Positions 52,630 through 64,000 of a stretch of 64,000 bases of DNA are shown here, in pieces. This stretch comes from Octopus sinensis. Its lineage: Eukaryota. Position 1 is the first letter of the stretch; each line of letters begins with the position of its first letter. The notes beneath the pieces are model-generated. The model saw only the letters and a list, made by a program, of their open reading frames with translations. It made no database searches and was not told the DNA's origin. The DNA lies in NCBI RefSeq assembly GCF_006345805.1, contig NC_042998.1, positions 167,586,001 to 167,650,000 on the forward strand, read 5' to 3'. Position numbers and translations under genes: made by a program.

Positions 52630-53218
52630 TAAGACTTCAAATAATGTGAACCAAACGTGGGTATCGAATTAATTTTCCTAACAGCTTTATTATCATACTC
52701 CGTCATTCAATAAAAACATTTCACAGTACTAATATCAAATAGTTCAAATATTCCTAGAGGGAATCGTAAAACTACTTGAATTCTCAAACTGTGAAAAACA
52801 TGTACATCTATTTTTTTTTCACATAAATCACACCTGGATATTTTAAAATTTTAGATTTCTCACGGTCAAGCACCAATGAGGTAATTAACATTCGTTTGTT
52901 CAGTCCCTACTGTTTGTCCCGCTTGCTTTTTGAAGTTATTGTTCTAGGTGTGTCATATAGTCAACGGAATCACAACGCTAACTGATGTGTCACGCCCAAA
53001 GCAAAGAAACGTTAGCCATTGCCTTTGTAAGATAATACACACTGCTTGGGAGATAGTCTGGCTTTTCTTTCGTCTTATTTCTTATATATAGACCTTTGAC
53101 ATAGCTCTAATTAATTAATAATTTGTTATCGAGCACTCACTGTCAAAAATTTCTCAGTTTCGATAAATTAAGATGTGCTCAGAGGAGCAGATGTGTGTAT
53201 ATTCTGCACACACAGACG

Positions 53219-53233
53219 AATACATACATACAT

Positions 53234-53269
<36 letters not shown>

Positions 53270-53343
53270 CACACACACACACACACATACATACATACAT
53301 ACATACATACATACATACATACATACATACATACATACATACA

Positions 53344-53372
<29 letters not shown>
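53219..53372. repeat. (CATA)n/(CA)n microsatellite
   Basis: Read directly. Confidence 0.97.
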
Positions 53373-53374
<2 letters not shown>

Positions 53375-54018
53375 TGGTGATTTATATATCATATTTAACG
53401 CATATATACTGTTGAAAGCCTTTTGAACTGCAGCATTAGTCTTGAGAAAGCATATATTATAAACATATAATGTTAAAAGACAGAAATAAAGCAGCATCAA
53501 CAGCAAGGGAAAATCGTCCAGGTGTGGCAGTGGTATTGCCAAATCCACATTTCTGCTTTTTTGAGCTTCATCAGTAGCAAGTACCTACTGGCGTAGCATG
53601 CTAAGCAAAGCTCTGCTGCTAGCTAATATAGTTAGATAGAGATTGCAAGTTCAGTAATGTCGCATGTATACACACATACATACACATGATCGTTTTGGAC
53701 GGTTCATTATTGACTTAAATTTAATATTCTTATTTAACTTCAATAATGCTGTCTACCTCATCCCAGGAATTATCTTCGGCCTGTTCATCTTTATTTGTTA
53801 ATTTTTAATTTATAAATAGATTCAAATAACGAATGTACGGAAATGTATGATGCATAAGAAATACGTAGCTTCAGAGATTCTTTTCTATTGCTAGTAGCCT
53901 ATCGGTGGTGTTGGCCTAATCATGCCTGAGAAATACTTATCTTGGCCTACTTGGACATTGAGTATTGTTATCCTAATCAAAGTCAAAATTAAATTCACTG
54001 CTAATTTATACTGCCTGA

Positions 54019-54890
54019 AATTTGTAAACCTGCATATATTCATATTTCTGAAAATCTTTTTTACTATTTTAATCGTCTCGTAAAGGCAGCGAGCAAGCAG
54101 AAACACTACTTCATCGGAAAGAACGCTCAGCGGCATTTCTGAGTTCAAATGCAGCCGAGATCCACTTGCCTCTCATCCATTCGGGGTCGATGAAATAAGT
54201 TGTAGTTGAGAACTGGGGTCAATGCAATTGATTCCCCCTCCCCGACTGTTTCACGTCTTGGGCCTATAGTGGAAAGAATGTTAACCGTCTCTTATTTTCA
54301 ACCTGTGTCTGTCATTAGACTGCAGCCATGCTGGGGCACCGCCTTGAAGGGTTTCGACGAACAAATCGACCTTAGTACTAATCTTTTAAGTCGGGTAATT
54401 GTTTTATCGTTCTCTTTTTGCTGGACCACTATGTTACGAGGATGTAAAGAAACTCTCAACGGTTGACAAGCAGTGGTAGAGAGCGAACACAAACACAAAA
54501 TTTGTAAACCTGCAAATATCCATATTTCTGTAAACGCAATATTTTTATATTAAATCTTTGAAAGGCGGTGAGTTGGCAGAAGCGTTAGTACGCCGGAAAA
54601 AACTGCTTAACGGCATTTCTACTAGTTTTACCTTACGAGTTCAAATGCCACCGAGGTCGACTTTGCGTTTCATCCTTCCGAGATCGATAAAATAAGTAGC
54701 AGTTGAACACTGGGGGGGGGGGGGGCAATGTAATACATATACATAAATATCCAGTTTCCATCTACCAAATTCATTCAGAAGGCATTGATAGACTTGGAGT
54801 TACAGCAGCGAGCACCTACCCAAAATGCCGCGCAGTGGACTGAACTCGAAGCCGTGTGGTTGCAAAGCGAACTTTTTAACCATACGCCTA
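54019..54890. mobile_element. SINE cluster with ~480-bp-period direct duplication
   Basis: AAATTTGTAAACCTGCA.AT.T.CATATTTCTG plus a SINE head occurs at about 54019 and 54498, with opposite-strand SINE pieces between and after. Confidence 0.75.
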
Positions 54891-56148
54891 TGGTTAATCA
54901 ATAATTAAAAACCATAAATATTTTAATCTTTTTCAATAGCACACGTCTTATTTAAACATTGGAGTATATGTAATATTTCATTTTAGTTATGAAAAACTAA
55001 ATAAACGTGCATATATAAAAGTGCATATATACACACACGCACACACACTCTCCCATACACACAAAACACACACATACAATCTCTCTCTCTCTCTCACTAT
55101 CTATCTATCTGTCTGTCTATATATCTATCTGTCTATCTCTCTCAAACACAAACAGACATGCACTCGTTATATTTGTACAGACACATTCCAAAGTGTGAAG
55201 AGGACGTTAAAGAAATAATGAGAGAGGCTCTAAAAAATAAGTTTATATCAAGGAAGTAACTGATAAAAAATATATGTTAAAAATAATTTCATTCTTCTTA
55301 AATGACATAAAAAGGCTGACATACAAAATGTAAATGTTACTCAGTACACAATGACTATAAATATAAATAGATCTTGGTTCAAGAACTCGTCTGGGTGTTA
55401 TATAAATAAATGTAATAAATATTACGATAGCTGACTACGTCAATATACTTATAAAGTATAGATAATACTATTATTTAATGGTTTTTAAATATTGAATCAA
55501 GTACTTTTTTCGGTGCAAAAGTTCCGTCTTTGCAAGGCATTTTTATCTGTTGCTTCCTTGTTCGAACAAATAAAATTCGATTTGCATTGTTTCGGTAAGA
55601 ATTCTTAGTCGTTCGAGAATTACGCATGAACTTCAGTTGATGTCACAGAAATATGGTGTAAAGTATTAAGGTAAACCTGTAACTAAGTAATATACTACAC
55701 ACTAGTGCCTCCCTAACAGTACGGTTCGGCTCATTATTGCCGTGGGGGATGGTTAGGTACACTCCGAATATTGTTAAGCTATATCAAACGATGTGAAAAA
55801 TTCAAGCTGAACATCTCGTTACAAAGTGAATGAAGTAAAGTACTCAATAAGTTTCCGTGGTTTAAATAGGGAATATATATGTATGTAGTGTACTGTTCCG
55901 TGATGGTAAGGTAAATAATAAAAGTACTCCATCTGGTGAGAGATAAATATTATTTAATAAACACAATATATGTTTTTATGAGTTGCTATTAGTTTCATGT
56001 TATGAAAACAGCTCGAATCTGGTAAAAATAAAAAGTCACAGGAAAAAGTCATGGAAAAAGTTACAGGGGTTTTCTTCGAGAGGGAGTCATCCGAGGCAAT
56101 TTGTCCTAGGGGGATTTTGGCCAGATCCCATAAATTAATTGCGACTTT

Positions 56149-57102
56149 ATGTGCTGGTTGAAAATCACCTAAAAAAGATTCTGAGGTCGATACATTAGAC
56201 TAAAAATTCCACAAGGCGGTGCCCCAGCATGGCTGAAGTCCAATGACTGAAACAAGTAAAAAGAGTTTTAGAAATTTTTTTTAAATTGAAGAATAACCAA
56301 AATAAAAAATATATAACCGAGGGGCTTATAAAAACTTTTCAAGTGGTTTGGCTGTTATTTCTAGCATGTGGAGAGACATTCTAGGCTTAACTTCATGCGC
56401 TGGTTGAAAATCATTAAAAAATCATTTGGGGTCGATACATTCTGAAAAAATTTCACGCAATCCTCAGGATAATAGCTCATAAATATGTGTGTGTGTGTGT
56501 TTCTTTTAACTTCAGGCAAATTACATCAAGGTATTTTTATTTGCTCTAATGTGTTACACAAGTATAAAATAATCTGGAAACCATTGACATAGAAAACCGG
56601 ACTCGCGATCTGCGAGATGCACTGTATCTTTAGGGATCCGGACAAAAGCCCCTTAGCTAAAGTGTGAAAGTGGACAAAAACCCAATAGTTAAAGTAAGAA
56701 AATGGACAAAAGCCCCCACGGTTATATTTTTCGGTTATTTTTTCTTTTTATTTGTTGCAGTCATTAGACTGTGGCCATGCTGGGGCATCACCTTCAGAAA
56801 TTTTTTCAGAATGTATCGACCCCAAATGATTTTTTAATGATTTTCAACCAGCGCATGAAGTTAAGCCTAGAAGGTCTCTCCACATGCTAGAAATAACAGC
56901 CAAACCACTTGAAAAGTTTTTATAAGCCCCTCGGTTATATATTTTTTATTTTGGTTATTCTTCAATTTAAAAAAAATTTCTAAAACTCTTTTTACTTGTT
57001 TCAGTCATTGGACTTCAGCCATGCTGGGGCACCGCCTTGTGGAATTTTTAGTCTAATGTATCGACCTCAGAATCTTTTTTAGGTGATTTTCAACCAGCAC
57101 AT
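56149..57102. repeat. Near-perfect local inverted duplication (306-bp arms)
   Basis: 56149-56454 is the reverse complement of 56797-57102; I found one mismatch. Confidence 0.95.
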
Positions 57103-57529
57103 GAAGTTAAGCTTAGAAAGTCACTCCACATGCTATAAATAACAGCCAAATCTTAAAAAAGTGTCTTTCTTTATAATTTCATGTAAGCACAAACGGAAAT
57201 CGCGGTTGTAAAAAAAAAAACCCTTTTATTTTCCAAAATTCCAATTTTTAAGTAAACAAAATATATTCATTCGAAAATAGATAAGTAGAATAGAGTAACA
57301 GAACACAAGACTTTTTACTACTCGATGTGCATATTGTATGAACTCTAACAAAAGGGAATGCATCTACTTCAAGAAATGTGAAGAAACATAAAAACGATAA
57401 TTCTGTCATAATTCTGTTAGACCTTCAACGGCCGGAGAAAGTTCAAAAGGTCAGCTCATTCTCATTATTCTATAAGTTTTGAGAGAAGAAAACAAAGGAC
57501 TTTAAATTTAAATTTTAAAATGCTGATTT

Positions 57530-57770
57530 TTCAGCGACTAAAAATTCTTCAAGGTGGTGCCCCAGCATGGCCACAGTCTAATAGCTGCAGCAACAAGTAT
57601 AAATATTAAAAAATTCTGGCGTCGATACAGTCGACTAAAAATTCTTCAAGGTGATGCTTCAGCATGGTCGCAGTGTAATAACTGCAACAAGTAAAAATAA
57701 AGAATTCTGGCGTCGACTAAAAGTGGTACCCCAGCATGGCCACAGTCTAATGACTGAAACAAGTAAAAGG
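57530..57770 (+). repeat. Tandem triplication of a SINE tail
   Basis: GACTAAAA...CCCAGCATGGCCACAGTCTAAT...AACAAGTA occurs three times. Confidence 0.88.
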
Positions 57771-58262
57771 TGTATCTTTAGGAAAGAGGGTTACTTTCAG
57801 CAGTGGACACATTCCTGCTCTTGCTTGAAGGTTATAGCTATTTTCTACCTTTACCATACCCTTTTACATCCATCTACATTTAGATTGCCATTAAATGAAA
57901 ATGTAGCTAAGAAGTTTGCTTCATAAATACGTAGTCACGGATTCAACTTTAATTTAAGTGTCTCAGGCGAATGCTTTATAAGATATCCTCGAATGGACCA
58001 AACCCTGGTAAGTGAAATTTGGCTGAGGGAAATTGTTCGGAAGCCTGTTGTAAGGGACTTTTCAATTTTTTGCAAGCATTCAAACTTAGTTTCTGTGCTA
58101 AGAATCGCTTCTTCCTGCTATTTACAGAAGTCCTGAAAAGGATAATGAGCACTGCCATTTCTTCTTTATTCAAGCCGTCACTTCGCCCCACAAAACACTG
58201 TAGTTATGTTGTATAGTTTGTTTTCTAACGACTGCTGGCTTACTATAAGTTTCTAAAATATA

Positions 58263-59107
58263 CCGTATTTACCGGCGTACATGATACGAATTTTTTAAAT
58301 TTTGAAATGTACCAAAACGCTACACTGCTTCGAAATACGGTCGTACTACGGATGAGAGACCGAGAGTTACAGGCTAAGGAGCTGGGTGAGTATTACTTCG
58401 CTAGGCACAGTAATTGTTACTTATAATAAAATATTGGTAACAAAGCTAAATCATTGCAGCCTGTGAGGACAAACGTGCGAAAAAATTGCCTACGGTACTC
58501 TGGCAATTGTGTGGGAAAGTAACACCATCTTATTATACCTTTTTTCCTCAGCGTACATAACCCATACCTGATATGTGTTTTACACTATTTAATGACTATG
58601 TTACCTTTAAGAAGCATTTTCTAATTATCTAAATGAAAATTCACCAACAAAAATGAAAGGAATATTAAAATTTCATTCACCTGACAGTTATTTACAATGA
58701 CAACAAAACCAGAGAGGTGGTGTGCCACCCTGATGGACAATAGTGGTGCCACAAAACATCATAGCCAAAAATACGAGTTTTATATCCGGTATGGTATTTC
58801 TCTTGACGAAAATATAAACAATTATACAGTTGATCTGAAAGAAGATAAAGTTGATATACGGTACTCCCATAACGTATTTATTTACAATAAATTTATGATG
58901 TCATACTAAATTCCAGTTTACGATCACTGTGTTGTATTTACATGTCACAGTATTGAATTTACGTACACAGAATCATACATTTTCTTTCAAAAAAAAAATC
59001 CACTTTAGAGTATCTTTCAATAGGTGTATGGTGAAACATAATAAATTTGTTTTTCTTTTTTTCCACTTGTAAAATAGAAGGTGCGTCTTATACGCCGGAA
59101 AATACGA
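58263..59107. mobile_element. pogo/Tigger-type non-autonomous DNA transposon
   Basis: TA|CCGTATTTACCGGCGTA ... TACGCCGGAAAATACGA|TA. A further right-TIR relic lies at about 63897-63916. Confidence 0.8.
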
Positions 59108-60414
59108 TAATCATTGCATATTTTTAAAAATTAAATCTGAGAATTCAACACCAGACTGCTACTCGTTTTAGTGATCGAGTGCGCTACATTCAAGAGGTTT
59201 AGTCGATAATATCGAAGTCATTACAGGTAACCCTTTGTAGGATAAATGATAACACTGAACTGGTGGGATTTGAACACAAAACATAAAGGAGCGTAATTGA
59301 ATTCCTCAAGATGGTTTGTTCGACGCTCAAATGATTCGTCCAATCATAAGGCTATTGCAAATGGAGCAAATAAAATCATTAAAAAAAAACGATGTAAACT
59401 AAGATTGCACAAAGACACACACACACACACAATATATGTGTGTGAATAAATTTTAAATAAAAAAATACATAAAATGTGTTCTATGAAATATCTCAAATCA
59501 ATAAAAAGTATTATTTCTATTGTTGTTGATGTTAAGTTCAGGCTAGCCTTTGTGGAACAAACAGATCTATGGCACGTAGGATGTCAGTCGATGACTAGGC
59601 ACGGACTACTAAAACATTGTTCGTTCAGTTCGTTTTTGTTTTATCGATATTTCATCGTTTGACCGGTTTTCAATGTTTTTTTTTATTTCGAGCACAATGT
59701 ATCTAGTGAGTCTTTCTTATGTAAAGACGATGGGGTGTAATCTGAGTGATATTTGGCAACAAATTCTTGCAGGTCAAACATGTAGGTCAAACACGTAGAA
59801 GTTTCTTGTAAGTTGTAAAGTTCTGGTATGACTTTATATTGTAACCAATCCCAAACAATACGAGTGAGACTTTGCTAATTTTCGTTATGAAATTCATAGC
59901 ACGAAAATGGATTGAAGTTCATTGATGTATTTACTTAATATTATTATTTTTTAATACCTTTATTTTGTCTTGTGATTGGGAAGTTCAGATGATTTTTAGT
60001 TATGGGTTTCTTTATAAAGGAAAAGGAGCCGACCATATCTTTTTACAGGGCCTCCCAAACTAGTGCAAAAAGGTAGAAAGAAACCATGATTTATAGACTG
60101 TGTAACGAAATGTCGAATTATCCTCAACCACGTGTCTGAGTCAATTCCACAAAAGACATCCAAAGGAATTTTTAGTATTGTGTCATCTATGTGACCTGAT
60201 ATGTGTAAGATGGTAGGGTTTTATTTAAGGAAAATCTGGTTACTACCTGCAGTAGGTCGAGCGACAAAGTAGAGACTCCTTTGTCGATTGAAGGTCGTTA
60301 GTAAAGGTGATTTATATTAAAATATATGTAAAAATTAAAATATAACATTTTATTTCTTTTTTAACTATTGCAGTCTGCTGGGTATTTTTTGCTCTATGCA
60401 TGTATTATATTTGT

Positions 60415-60755
60415 AACGAGCACTCAAAGAGCGCAAACTTCCGCCAAGGCAACACCAACGCCCTCTCAACGATTAGCCGGAGATGATTTTTAAAATGAGA
60501 ATATCTGAAATAAATTCGACTGCACTCATAAACGAGAATACTAAAAATGAAACCGACGGCTCTCAAAAAAAAAAAAAAAAAAACAGGATGAATAATCCGA
60601 AATCCTTGTCCAGTACCGGATCGATCTTAAAATCTAATCAACTCGTGCCAGTCACGGGGCCAAACATCTCTGGAAATTTCATCCGAATCCATCCAGCGGT
60701 TGTTGAGACATCTTGTCCACGAACAAACACGACTGAAAACAATACACCCTAATTT
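60415..60755 (+). mobile_element. Helentron-associated (HINE-like) non-autonomous element, 3' palindrome lost
   Basis: AACGAGCACTC..AGAGCGCAAAC.TCCGCCAAGGC start; CGGATC..AAAATCTAATCA..TTTCATCCGAATCC.TCCAGCGGTT.TTGAGA.ATC..ACAAACACGACTGAAAACAATAC end. Family recalled from memory. Confidence 0.6.
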
Positions 60756-60832
60756 AATAGACATTTTTTAAATAGTCCTTAGTAGATACTTTTAAGAGAC
60801 TTTTCTGAAATACTCTATACGTATATATCTTT

Positions 60833-60878
<46 letters not shown>

Positions 60879-62074
60879 GCACACACATATATTATGCAAT
60901 GCTTTAGGCTATATATACATATATTAGACAAAGATTTCCCAACAATACGATAGGCAAGCCTATGTCATGGGCATAAACAAAGACTCTTACACCTAGGTGC
61001 CGTTATGTGACTGTCAACAGTTGATATTCATCATGCACTGACACCACGGGTTTGGCATTCTACGACTCTGAAGTGGATAGACATTTTAGAAACACAAACA
61101 TTGGGAAATATTTACATGTCTCCCTCAAATGTTATTTTTATACACAGATTTTCCCCAACCTTTACCTTATATGTTTGTCTTCTTTTTATATATTTTTTTG
61201 TCCTTCTGCTTTCAGAACGCTGTTAAGTGTTTTTAAAAATTATCTAGATAGGTTTGTTTTCTGTTTGGTTCCGTATTTTTTTTTTAATCTCGTTATTATA
61301 ATAGTTTATTTGACCAGTGTTTTGTCATCCTCTCTGCATCGAATTTGAAACTTACCTTGACAGACAAAAAGTTGTGCTTGTAAAGAATATTTAAGTAGGT
61401 TTTATACTTTATGTTTTTATACTTATTTCCACAAACAAATCTTTTGTAAATATTCATTTCATCCACTCACTCACTCACTTACTTACACACACACACACAC
61501 ACCTGCACGCACTATGTGCATGAGTACTTATTGTAAGGATTAAATTGAATGAAAAGTAAAGTTCAACCCGTCGACATTTAAACTTAAAGCTTGGGTTAAA
61601 GTCTTATTCTGGTGTTAGTCTGCTTCAGTTAATTCACCGTACTTAATAAAATAGCATACTGTCATATCACACACTTACCTTCGGAGCATGCGTCTACTAA
61701 AGGCAGATTCGCAACACCCATGGTAAACGTGGTTTTTAATTTCTAGTGAATACAGCTGACCATTTAGTACTATCATATATCCAAGATGAACCTGACAAAT
61801 AACGAATAGTTTATAATCGATGTGTCTCATTTCAAGATTGAATTAAGGACAAGCGACCATTATGTATATAGGAATGTGCGCATGCATGTATCGACCTTCG
61901 ATTATGGTATAATAATCTTGCTCAAGAAGGGATACAGTAGAACTAAATAGAACGTCTGGATTTTCAAGCAAATTTAACTTTTAACCATTCTACTCCGGCA
62001 TCTATCTATCTAGCTAATGTGTGTATGTACGCGTGCTTCTGCGTGCAACAGAAAATGGCAGTAGGATTTAATAA

Positions 62075-62290
62075 TGGTTTCAAGTTTTGGCACAAGGCCA
62101 GCAATTTAGGGGGAGAGGGTAAGTCGATTTTATCGACCCCATTGCTCAACTGATACTTATTCCATTGACCCCCAAAAGAGTTAAAGGCAGAATTTACCCC
62201 GGCGGTATTTGAACTCAGAGCATAAAGACGGGCGAAATGTCGCTGAGCATTTTACCCGGAGCACTAATGATTCTGCCAGCTCGCTGCTTA
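62075..62290 (-). mobile_element. SINE (21447 family)
   Basis: Reverse-complement body. Confidence 0.85.
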
Positions 62291-62322
62291 ACAGTAAGAT
62301 TTAATAATAGTAATCGAATTAT

Positions 62323-62590
62323 GGTGGAGGCACGTGGCCTAGTGGTTAGAACAGCGAACTCACGGTCGAGGAATCGCGAGTTCGAATCTCAGACCGGGCG
62401 ATTGTGTGTTTATGAGCGAAAAACCTAAGCTCCGGCAGAAGGTAATGGCGAACTTCTGCTGATTCTCTCGCCACAACTTTCTCTCACTCTTTCCTCCTGC
62501 ATCTTGCAGCTCACCTGCGACGGATCGGCGTCCCGTCTAGGTGGGGAACGTATTCGCCAAGGAAACCGGAAAACCGGCTCTGTGAGCCAG
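62323..62590 (+). mobile_element. tRNA-derived SINE with intact A/B boxes and V-domain-like core
   Basis: A box TGGCCTAGTGG (62335-62345), B box GAGTTCGAATC (62378-62388), core CCTGCGACGGATCGGCGTCCCGTCTAGG (about 62514-62541). Confidence 0.8.
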
Positions 62591-62934
62591 GCATCAACAA
62601 TCGAATTATGATGGTATAAGTTTTATGAAGGGTCATCATTGAGATTACACTTTGAGTGGATTAAAAAGAACCCAACGTAATGTATCACAAACAAGAGCGG
62701 CAGAAAAAGTATCTAGACTACGATGGTGTGATAATAAATATCAGTTATGTAAAGTTTTTTGAATTCAGACATTTGTTATCGGATGTTGTTCACCAAGGGA
62801 GAACACCAAGTATCGTTCTTTAAATAAAAGGCACATCTGACATAAACGCCACTTTTAATGTCAGGTAAGGAGAAGCTATCTCTGCCTCAGAACAAAATAT
62901 TAACTAAAATGTTATCAATATTCGGAAAGAGGAT

Positions 62935-63145
62935 GTCGAGCTGGCAGAATCACAAGCAAGCCGGGCAAAATGCTTAGCGACATTTCGTCAGTCTTTATGA
63001 TCTGAGTTGAAATTCCACCGAGGTCGACTTTGCTTTCATCCTTTAGGGGTCTATAAAATAAGTACCAGTTGAGTACTGGGGTGAATGTATTCGACTTATC
63101 TCCTCTCCCGAACTTGTTGGTCTTGTGCCAAAATTTGAAACCAAT
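62935..63145 (+). mobile_element. SINE (21447 family)
   Basis: GAGCTGGCAGAA...GAGTTGAAATTCCACCGAGGTCGAC. Confidence 0.85.
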
Positions 63146-63480
63146 ATGTATTGGCGAAAATTATTACATGATCAAAATACGACGATTATTGTTCAAACTT
63201 GCTAGATTGGTGCGGCCAGTATTGCTCTTGTACAGTTTGTATGTTGACAGCTGTAGGAAAAACATTGGCATAAAGCAACAGTAAAAGGTTGCAATGTGTC
63301 GAAGAAGGACTGTAATGGTGTGTGGTGGAATTGAGGTGGACACATTATTAACAAATTTTCCGGCATACACGTCGAGATTTTCGGCTTAAAATTTAAAAAG
63401 CGAGGTCGACTTATACACTAAGACAACATCATAAGATTATAGACTTGGAAAAGATAGTGACGATGTTTAAATATTTACAA

Positions 63481-63865
63481 CTAGCAGTATCGCCCGGCGT
63501 TGCTCGGGTTTGTAAGGGAAATAACTATAAAGCATTTTTAGAGAGTTATAGCCAAAAAATAGCAAAAAAATGGAAAAAAAATTATGGTAAATTTTTTTTT
63601 GAGAGTTAAAAAGGTCGAGTTGCGTCCCCTAGACAGTCTGTGGTTTGTGTTTCTGATTCTCAACCCCATGTCGAATTTATCGATTTTTTTCAGAACTGGG
63701 GGAACTTTTCAAAATTTTCGCTGCGTTAGTTTTGAATTATGACATTGGGCTATGTGTGTGTCAAGTTTCATCAGAATCAGTTGAAAGCAGTGGTCAGGGT
63801 GAGGGTACAACATAACAGACACACAGACACGCAGACTGACAAACTGCCGTTTATATATAGAGAGA
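63481..63865 (-). mobile_element. Non-autonomous Helitron
   Basis: On the - strand: A|TCTCTCTATATATAAAC 5' end, CCCGAGCAACGCCGGG hairpin, CTAG|T 3' end. Confidence 0.92.
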
Positions 63866-64000
63866 TACATGTTTACGCTATATGCTACGTCTACTTGTAT
63901 ACCGGAAAATACGGTACTAACGAAAGAGAGACGATTGAACCGGGGGTGCCCGAAAGAAAAAAAAAACGCGTTAAGAGGACCCCAAGAAACAGAAATGAAT

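Noticed and set aside
62323-62395. tRNA gene
   Set aside because: It has A and B boxes but no complete cloverleaf or acceptor stem, and it continues into a SINE body.

Overview
This is an AT-rich, non-genic stretch of a repeat-dense invertebrate genome. The SINE, LINE and microsatellite families match those I recall from octopod cephalopods (Octopus sp.); that assignment is pattern recognition, not a database result. No host protein-coding exon, tRNA gene or rRNA gene can be supported, and nearly all ORF-track entries are microsatellite artefacts. The window is a mosaic of four things: (1) microsatellites; (2) tRNA-derived SINEs; (3) decayed LINEs (RTE, CR1/L2-group, R4/Dong-type, HERO-type) and Penelope-like elements (PLEs) with GIY-YIG remnants; (4) at least six Helitrons, Merlin-, pogo-, mariner- and hAT-like elements, local inverted duplications and one 100-N gap. 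The most notable signal is more than a dozen hammerhead-ribozyme (HHR)-like motifs of several structural classes. They include two short ORF-less palindromes built from inverted HHR-bearing arms and a multi-copy family with a shared non-canonical core. Also notable are Merlin-like MITEs carrying telomeric (CCCTAA)n repeats. All folds were done by eye; none of the catalytic activity is demonstrated.
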